The notes beneath the pieces were generated by a model. That model saw only the letters and a program-made list of their open reading frames with translations. It had not been told where the DNA came from and made no database searches. The position numbers and the translations under genes are program-made. Positions 25,084-34,505 of a stretch of DNA of 64,000 nucleotides are shown here, in pieces (position 1 is the stretch's first letter; the number at the start of each line of letters is the position of its first letter). Source of the stretch: Cenococcum geophilum (Eukaryota); NCBI GenBank assembly GCA_050273025.1, contig CP158636.1, positions 5,952,001 to 6,016,000 of the forward strand, in the 5' to 3' direction.

Positions 25084-26452
25084 ATGGCACCCGTAGCGCT
25101 TCCGATCTTGCCCTCAATAAAAGATACGGTCGCACCCAAAAAAGACACTTTGGGTCTTCCTGAAGCAGCTCGTAAACGTTTTGAAAAGGCAGGCATTGAC
25201 CTCTCCGCTGGCTATCCATACCGGCCGGCAAAACCCATCTACTTGGACGACGTCTATAATGTTCGGGACCATGATCGCCCTTTCACCGACCCAGGTTCCC
25301 GTGCCGACCCGGCAAAGAAAGCCCTGTTGTCTGCTGCAACGGAGGTTATTCACTTGACCGCACATATCGGGACGGAAATCAAGGGCCTACAGCTGAAGGA
25401 TCTTACAGATCAGCAGAAGGATGAACTTGGTCTTTTGATTGCGGAACGGAGCGTGGTGTTTTTCCGTGACCAAGAAATCACTCCTCAGGAGCAGAAGAAG
25501 CTTGGGGAATGGTTTGGAGAGATTGAAGTTCACGTAAGATGTGTCTCCAATTTCCGAACCTATGAAAACTGCTTTGTACTGATTGTGACCTCCCTATTAG
25601 CCGCAAGCTCCTTCAGTGCCAGGCGTTCCTGGAACTACGGTCATTTGGCCAGCATTACAGGCCACAGAAGTTGCGCCAAACTTCCGGAATCCAGGAGGCG
25701 CGAGCCGATGGCATACAGATCTTGTACACGAAAGACAGCCGGCCGGTAATCTTTCTTGCCCCTGATCTCGCCAGGACATGAGCTAATGGGAAAAAGGCGT
25801 GACCCACCTCTTTAATGATACCATACCATCCATAGGTGGAGACACTTTGTGGGCATCAGGCAAGTTACCAAAACATCCCAAATTATAGCGTGGTGACGCC
25901 TTTGACTTATAATGTCACAGGATATGCCGCTTATGAAAAGTTGTCTCCTGGTTTCCGAAAGTTGATTGACGGTAAAGAGGCTGTCTACCGTAGCGCACAT
26001 CCGTACCTTGACCGCAATAATCCTACTGCTGGTCCAAAGTACATAGAACGTGTTCATCCATTGGTAAGAGCGCATCCGGCAACAGGCTGGAAGGCTCTTT
26101 GGGTGAACCGTGCTATGACTGTCCGCATCGCTGGATTGGATAAAGCGGAAAGTGATCTCATCCTTGGCTATTTGTATGACGTGTATGAAAGGAATGTCGA
26201 TATCCAAGTCAGATTTAAGTGGACCCAAAACACGTCGGCCTTGTGGGATAATAGGTAAGACAGAAAGATTGAATGAGGAAGCGTATACAGCTAATAAAGG
26301 ACAGAATAACCATCCACAATGCAAGTTGGGACTATGAAGGCAATGAGCCAAGACATGGAACGAGAGTCACAGCTTTAGCCGAGAAGCCATATTTTGATGA
26401 GAAGGCTCCGACGAGGCGCCAAGCACTTGGAATAGCAGGTCCTGATGAGTAG
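25084..26452 (+). CDS. TauD/TfdA-family Fe(II)/2-oxoglutarate-dependent (sulfonate) dioxygenase, Jlp1-like, 5 exons
   Basis: IGTEI, LLIAERSVVFFRDQ, WHTD (HxD), GGDTLWASGY, HPLVRAHP, WDNR..IH; stop TAG 26450-26452. Confidence 0.93.
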
Positions 26453-26811
26453 ACGATATGATGAACGTAAAATTTGCATATGTACTAGGAGACATTAGGA
26501 TATTTACACTTGAAGACAATAATAATGTTGCTACCTTTTCCATGCTTGTCTTTATAATAGCGCTTGAGCCTTACAACGTGATGCACTCTTTTAAAATGTA
26601 TGAGATGACTTTTCCTACATCTGTAAATGTTTTGCGGTTTCAAGTATCGCTGTTAGAGTGCGGCGTGCGGTGTATCAAAATCAGGGTCTAAGCTATCGAG
26701 ATGGTTGACAAGAATGCATTGGTTGTCAACTTGTATCTTACTGCCGTTTCGGAAATACTGCCGCTAATTGATTCTATGGTCTGAGCTTGCTGAGGTTGGT
26801 GAGGTAAGTGA

Positions 26812-28851
26812 CTAAAGCCCTCCTCCGGCCCGCCTGGCCACTTTGCCCAGTCGCTCCACCACGCCTTCTAAAAACTCACCGGCCCCCCATTTTATTACAT
26901 TATCCACACACATTAGCCACTGTAGGACCTCGTCTAATATGGGCGCGCGGCAAGTCTTGACCGGTACCATATGAAACTTGCGAACATTGTCTTCCACTAT
27001 AGCATAATGTGCCCAGAGTTCGTGAAAGGGGCCTTGAGTGCAGATAGAGAAAGACAGAGGAGTGGTTTCTTGGCAGTGAGAGCTTTGAGAAGCGCGTTGA
27101 GCTAGGTCGTCAAGATCGTATTGGATTTTGAGGGCGCAGGCACCTGAAACCGCAGCTTGATTCTCTGCGTCAAAGATGTGTTTGCCGGTTGCATACGATT
27201 TGCCTTCTATGACTAGGAAGGGGAATCGAATTTGGAGCGCTCTTTGAGTTGGCTCACTGCAAAGTACGGGCTCTCTTTGTCTCCTGTTCTCTCGATATAT
27301 GGTCTTCTGCTGGAGGTCATTAAGAAAATCCCTCCCCCGGGTACGGTCGAGATCCTGCGTATGATGTAAAATTTGCACGACTGCGTCATGGGAGATGCCG
27401 ATAGTGACGTCTGGGCGAGGCGTCTTAATAGGAGAGCCATCTACCTCCGCTTGCGATCGGGTAGATCGGGAGGGTGGCGGCATGACTTCATTCGCTGCTA
27501 CTGCCTTGTAAAGAATTAGCTGTCGGTCTAGTATGAGTGCTATAGCAACCACCATTCTCAATTGCCTAGACCGCGGAGAGCGATGTTGAGAGACTTACTT
27601 CGTCCGCGATTTCTACCTCGTCCATATTAAAAGATTCGAGAGATCGTTGTGGGGAAAGGTACTGGGTGTCTGCCTGCGCTCGCTTTCTTGGAATAACCTG
27701 GGAGATAGTTTTGTTGGGAGCTTCCTCAGGCGCTTCCCTCGGGAGTGTATTAAGAACGTCGTCAGGATCATTGCCGGTCTCATTCAGGAAACTGAAGTCC
27801 CAAGAGGAACGGATAAGAGGCTTGAGAACGGGTCGCCAATCTAAGGGATCAAATGCACGTCGTGAATTAGCATTCCACTCAAAGACGCAGTAGTATTGAT
27901 GAGAAACACGGGGAATAAATAGGATACCGTACCTGCTTTCCTCGAGTGCATGTATTTATCCCCAGGGAACATGCAGGAGAGGGTCTTATAGAGAACTTCT
28001 ATATAGTCATCTTCCCCGGCCGCCCTACGTAGAATCTTTAAGAAGTCGCCACAGAAATCTTTAGCGAGCTTAGTTAATAGTTCCTTCCTCGCCGGAGGGA
28101 TATCACTCTGAACGACCGCCTTAACACGTTCTTGAACTTCTTCTGGCGGCAATCCAACTTCGATGTATATCCTTGCACTTTCTAGATTGGTAAAACGATA
28201 ACTAGCAGCGATACAAGATGTTTTCTGAGATCTTTGTGTTGATGTCTCTAGGTCTAAGTCGGTTGCTGTGCTCCTTGATAATGAATGGCGCAACCGACTT
28301 CGTGAAGTTCTACTAGACGCCTGTGTCGGCCTTCTACTATCCCTTCCCCTTGAATAAGCGACCGATCTAGTGTCCATCTTCTCTTGCGCTGACGGGGTGA
28401 ATAATTTGTTAAACTTTTGTAAGTTGGATTTGGTTAGGGCGTGGCCGTCAGCCGGCTCTTTAACAGGTATATGCTCCGAGGTGGGCTGTATGGAGGATTT
28501 TCGCGGTCGCTTTTGAGGGTGTTCCAATAGAGGTGAATCTTTAGGATCCCGCAATTGCTTCCATCTTATAGTTTGTGGGGGTGCCGGCGGGTCTCGATGT
28601 AGCTATAGCCAGGTAAGTTTTGCAGCTATAACAAGAAGGGCTGTAGATATCTCTGTAGGCAGGCATTCAATTCATTCCTAGGTGAATAACGGTGGTATAC
28701 CTCTCTTTGGGCTCTTTTGCTAATTGCGGGGCTTGTTAGACTGTAATTAGATTGTTCATTAGGAGTCGCTGCGCTGTTCACGCGTGCGCTCCTGCGAAGA
28801 TGCGTTTGCGCTGCTACTTTCTGGATACCCTTAGGACCTCCCCCTGTCCAT
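26812..28851 (-). CDS. Fungal PD-(D/E)XK nuclease-fold-like protein, multi-exon
   Basis: PRPDVTIG ... FPFLVIEGKS ... AENQAAVSG ... ELWAHY in the last exon; basic low-complexity N-terminus (LRRSAR); putative ATG at 28851; GT..AG introns link ORFs 27841-28554 and 26812-27561. Confidence 0.72.
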
Positions 28852-30476
28852 TGTTAGCGTGGAGGATTTATGGAGAATAGAGAGGCGCGGTCTCACTATT
28901 TATCACCAGTATTTGCCGCCCGTGCTTCGCGGGCGCCCGTTGGCAATTACGGGCCATATCGGTTGAGAGAGCGACGGTGGAAGATAAGTTTGTAATGTCC
29001 ACGATGTTCGAAGCTAAGGATAAGGTTGAAGAGTTCATTGGTAGTCTTGGCACTTGGTGAGTAATCTCAGTTGGGTACGAACGACCGCGCAAAAAGAGAT
29101 TTCTCCTTCGTTTTTTGGAAACGCGTGATTTTAGTGCCAAGACCTCACTTCTGTTACGGACCGAATACTGGACTGTCAGAACTACTAAGAGTTCTGGGAC
29201 GCCAGTTTAGTTGAGGCACGGGCCATACCCGGGGGAACCATGTGATCCAGAGGAGATCACATGAGGATCTCAGCAAGTTGTAGTATCATCGTTTCAAGGT
29301 CGACCAACTCGAAATGGCGGACGGTAGAGGTCTGGTTAATTTGTATCATAATGCCAAGAAATGAGCGGAGAATAGTAACAACATGGAAAATGCTGAGGAT
29401 GGGTCCTCGGAACTTGAAATTAGATGAGTGCGTATGATTAGCTGTCTGGAAATCGGACGAGAGGTGCGCAAATTGTTTATAGAGTTGACCGACAGATGGA
29501 AATATGATGGAAATATATTACTTGGTAGGCGGAGGAAATGAAATTGTGTTCTGGAAAGCTCTTGAGCACTCTCTATGGATCGTCTTGACAGCAGTGCTGA
29601 GATGGGGTTGCAACGTGAAGTTTGGCGTGGAAGAAAGCACAAGCGGTAATTCTAGCACGCGTGCGTTTGTGCTGTACTGATTGTGACCAGACGCGTCTGA
29701 ACCATCGCCTTATTTCCGCCTATTTCCATCTGACAACCGTCAACATCTCTGCACATTACCACGGTATAGTGATCTGTAGCATTCTACAAAACATGCCTGC
29801 CTACTCTAGCTCGTCTACTTCCACTTCCTCACCCATCGCTCGCGCGATCTAGCCCAGTCCCGCCTACGAAGAACATTTATACGGCGTCAACCTGAACACA
29901 ATGATTTGGAGTAATCAAGCGTCGTGTTGTATTACACTTCTGGTCTCCATTACAAGTTCAATGGGACATCGAAGTCCATACGTTGCACAAGCACCACGGT
30001 GGTACTACATGTTTGAGTGTCTCACTTGACAGGCAGTTACTGACTTCACTGGAATCAGCTGTATACGTAGCCGGGGCAGTGGCATGAAGGCGAAAAGCTT
30101 AAGGAATTAGTTTGCGAACTTCGAGGTTGCTGCAACGACGGAATAGATTTGTGTATACGGACGATCAGGAATTCTGCTATTGCAGTCATATGATTTTTAA
30201 CAAGAGAGTGGGGCCGAAAGCCGCGAAGTACAGCTCCATGGAATTTACCTTATCGGTGTTGTTATCCGCTATTTCTTTTCCCGTTGGACAAAGGGATTTT
30301 TGCCTTCAAGCTACGACCCACATATGCGATCTTCGGATCCGATGCATGCGGATCCTTCCAGGAGTAACCAAGCTCTCGGGAGTGTTGCTGGCTTCGTGGC
30401 ACCTACAGAACTACCTAACCATAAAGCAAGATTCTATCGATGAAAGGTGCTTTACTTCCTTGACCATTTCTCTATC

Positions 30477-31812
30477 ATGGAATCCAGTAAAACCCCTCTC
30501 GACATCGCAATAATTGGTGCGGGCATCGGGGGTCTCGCTTTAGCGATAGGTCTCATCCGCCAAAATGTCACGTACACTCTCTACGAAGGAGCGTCGGAGT
30601 ATGCAGCGGTGGGTGCAGGCGTTGTCTTAGGACCAAATGCGTTACGAGCCATGGATCTCATAGACTCTCGGCTCCGCGGTCTTTATGACGGTATCTCTAC
30701 GGGAAATACGACGCCGGAAAAAGAGCATTCCATAATGGAAGCTCTGATGATGGAAGAGGGACTTGGGAAGAAACAAGGCTGGACTGGCGCATCGTGGGGA
30801 TCTAAATATGCGCGGAGTAGTGCGCATCGGAAAGCCCTGCTAGATATCATGACGAGCTTAATTCCTTTGAGCACAGTCAAGTTCAACAAACGAGTCAAAA
30901 CGCTACATCAAGAGGGTACGAAAGCCTTCATAGCCTTTGAGGACGGCGAGGTTGTTGAGACAGACGCGGTTATTGGGTGCGACGGGATTAAAAGCATCAC
31001 TAGACGTGCAGTACTCGGATCAACATATCCAGACTTGGTGGAGCCAACCTACGCTGGAAGATATGCGTACAGGGCCATTGTACCAATGAAAGAAGCAATT
31101 GAGGTTGTCGGATGCTACGCTCCAAATGCAACTATGTTTATGGGGCCGGGATGCAGCATGTCTATATATCCAATCTCGAAAGGGGCAGAATGTAATGTCG
31201 TTGCATTAAAGAAGGACAATCAGCCTTGGCTTTACAAAGGATTTGCCAAAGAAGTCACCAGAGAGGAGATGATCGGTGAATTCGACATTGACAGCCGACT
31301 GATTAAACTGCTCGAGGCAAGAAACCCCCGCTATCAATACCCTCAATTCTAGATCCTGAAGCTAAGCAAGCATCCTCCATTATCAGTTGGCCAAGCCACT
31401 CCGCTGGTCCCTCCACCATCACATTTCCACACCAACATACTTCAACAACCATATCTGCCTCCTAGGCGATTCAGCCCACGCCAGCACCCCTTTCCAAGCG
31501 GCTGGTGCCGCCCAGTGCCTTGAAGACGCACTCATTCTCTCGCGGCTTTTCAGTCTCGCCAAGGACCCTGTTGACATTCCAAATATTTTCAAAATCTACG
31601 ATTCAATCCGGCGACCACGCGCCCAGCGCGTGGTACGAACCAGCATTGAATTGGGTGAGATTTTCAGCTTCTCGCATCCGGAGACCGGGAGTAATATGAG
31701 GAAGATAGTAGAAAATTGTAATAAACGGTTTGATTGGATCTGGGAGCACGACTTGGAAGCAGATGTGAGGGAGGTGGAGGAGCAGTTTAAGATTCTAGCA
31801 ACGAAGGGATGA
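30477..31812 (+). CDS. FAD-dependent monooxygenase, salicylate hydroxylase-like (class A), 2 exons
   Basis: IAIIGAGIGG, GCDGIKS (DG motif), LLGDSAHASTPFQAAGAAQCLED (GD motif); intron 31317-31386. Confidence 0.92.
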
Positions 31813-31994
31813 TGAGTTGATTGAAGATGTTTTTATGGCTGGAGGAGTGCTTATCTCATTGAGCATCCCACATCGGTTTTTCTATGGAAATTTAGAAATA
31901 GGCCTAGCGGTGATTTCAGCCAGCAGCTGTAACCGTTTCCCCTTTACTTGCTCCAGAGTACCGTCATTCCGGCAGTTCCCCTCAATCCTCCCCC

Positions 31995-32842
31995 CTAAAC
32001 CACCCCTCCATTAACCCTGAGAACTTGCCCATTAACCCAGTTCGACGCATCCCCGCTCAAAAAGGCAATAGTCCCCGCAATATCCTCCGGCGTACCAAGC
32101 CTATTATGTGGATTCAGGCCCGCAATTCCCTTCAACATCTGCTCCGACTTGCCCTTGAAAAACAACTCCGTTGCCGTTGGGCCTGGCGCCACTGCATTAA
32201 CGCTGATGCCCTTGCGGCCCAGATCCTTCGCCAGCACGCGCGTCATCTGGTCGATAGCGCCTTTAGTAGCCACATAAAGCAGATAGTTCGGCGCGACACC
32301 TGAGATCGCAGTGAGGCTGGTCGAGAGTAGGATCACGTGCGAGCCAGCTGTCATGTGTGGTGCAGCTTTCTGCAACAGGGGCGTCAGCCAATATGTCCCA
32401 TTGTATCTAAACCACCGTAGTCAGGGAACTACGGGAATAGGAGTAAAAGGTTGAGGGAACGCAGCAAACCCACCTGCACCAAAAAATACGGCCCTTTAAC
32501 ATTCAGCCCCACCGTCCTATCAAAGTCCTCCTCCGTCGTGCTCTCCAAGTCCCTCATCGGCATAATCCCCGCATTTGCCACAACGATATCGATCTTGCCA
32601 AATCTGCCTATCGTCGTCTGGACTAGCCGCTCGATCTCCTTCACGCTCCCCGCGTCCGCTTTCACAGCAATCGCGTTTTCAGCGCCGAGGCGTGCGACAA
32701 GCTCCTCTGCCGGTGCGGCGTCAGAGGAGTAGTTGATGACGACTTTCGCGCCCTGCTTAGCCAGCTCGAGCACGGCGGCTGCGCCGATGCCTTTGGAGGC
32801 GCCGGTGATGAGGGCGACTTTGCCGGCGAGAGGGAGGGACAT
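31995..32842 (-). CDS. Classical short-chain dehydrogenase/reductase, 2 exons
   Basis: TGASKGIG, ANAG, YVATK catalytic motif, VNAVAPGP, WVNGQ; intron ~32372-32473. Confidence 0.93.
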
Positions 32843-33809
32843 GGTGAAGATAATATTCTTTGGAAAAAAGAGGAAGATAGAATTCAGAGACCTTGTGATC
32901 TTTTTCGCCTTCTCTGTTACCGCTTGAATATATGTGATTTATTGTAGCGAAGCAAGAACTGAGTGCCTCAGTACGAAATCGAAATCGAAATTAGTTGCTG
33001 AACCAAACCTCAACCTGCCAGACTCCTCACCCTAATATACTCACTTAGCCCCAGTCCCCAAGCTCCATCGTTGCCCAACATGCCCGGATTTTAGCAGGAC
33101 TTTACCGTAAATACAGCTCTCCTCCACCGTTTCGATCCTGCAGGCTAAGGATTTGGCAGCGTCAGACGTTGGATGACGGGTTAGCCAATGGAATTTACTA
33201 TTGGTATAGTAAGGGTTCTTGCTTTACTCAGCCGCGGAAATTTTCCGACCCCATCCTTCCCGACCTCTCTCCCGACCTAACCCCGCCTTAGTAAGATGCC
33301 CATCCAGAAACTTGCTTACCTCAGCGAGCTCAGACGTGATTTTTTTTGGCTAGCGTCGGAATAACAGCTACGCCGTCTCCTTCTTGCAAAATCACGTCTG
33401 AGAGCCTTTGGCGAGATTTGTTAAAAACGTAAGCAAAATCCAATAAATAGAGATTATAGATATCTAATTTATTCATTTACACAACGCGCTATTATTACCA
33501 AAAGTTCATACATTATTTTTAAGGCTTAGTACTACTAGATAGTATAGATTTTATAATACGGCTATAGCCCGGTCCTGACATCAATTTCGTTAAAGTTAAA
33601 AAACGCGTTGTTAAAAGCGTAAGCACATATTATATCTTATTAAATAGTCTACTAATATAGACAAAACTATACAGATATATAGATATCTACTACTTAAAGC
33701 TATTGCAACACCTAGTAGGTGCTGTAGTTGGGTCCTTCCTTAAAAATATCCTCCCTTGGCCCGGAGTGCCTCTGCTACTACCAGGGGGTAAGCCTTGGGC
33801 AGAGCCTCA

Positions 33810-34050
33810 TGCAGAGCCTTAGTAGAGCTTCGTGCAGAGCTTCGTGCAGAGCTTCGTGCAGAGCTTCGTGCAGAGCTTCGTGCAGAGCTTCGTGCAGAGC
33901 TTAATGCAGAGCTTCGTGCAGAGCCACGTGCAGGCGTGCAGACGTGTAGATGTGCAGACGTGCAGACGTGCAGACGTGCAGACGTGCAGACGTGCAGACG
34001 TGCAGACGTGCAGACGTGCAGACGTGCAGACGTGCAGACGTGCAGACGTT
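33810..34050 (+). repeat. Tandem arrays: 12-mer GCAGAGCTTCGT followed by 8-mer GACGTGCA
   Basis: Directly visible (~9 and ~14 copies). Confidence 0.95.
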
Positions 34051-34185
34051 CGTAGGGGCGATCAATTGCAGAGATGTTTGTAGAGACGATTGTATGGGCA
34101 ATTGATCAATTGATTGTATGGGCGTTCGTACGGGCGTTCGTACGGGCGATTATAGAACCTTCCTAGTATATTAGTGCTGCGTGTT

Positions 34186-34505
34186 AGTAGAGCTTTAGAG
34201 CTCTATATAGGGCTTTGAGTAGAGCTTTGAGCAGAGCTTTGAGCAGAGCTTCAAGCAGAGCTTCGAGCAGAGCTTCAAGCAGAGCTTCGAGCAGAGCTTC
34301 AAGCAGAGCTTCGAGCAGAGCTTCGAGCAGAGCTTCAAGCAGAGCTTCGAGCAGAACTTTTACGGAGCTTCGTGCGGAGCTTCGTGCAGAGGTTTTGCAG
34401 AGCTTTGGTAGAGCTCCGTGCAGAGCTCTGTGCAGGTCTCCCCCTGAGCTTCGTTCCGCAGAGCTCTCGTAAAGCTCTACGGCTCTACGTAGACGCAGAG
34501 CTTGC
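34186..34505 (+). repeat. Tandem array of 12-mer GAGCAGAGCTT(C/T), degenerating toward the right
   Basis: Directly visible. Confidence 0.93.

Noticed and set aside
33810..34505. CRISPR-like array
   Set aside because: Head-to-tail repeats without unique spacers; eukaryotic context; no cas genes.
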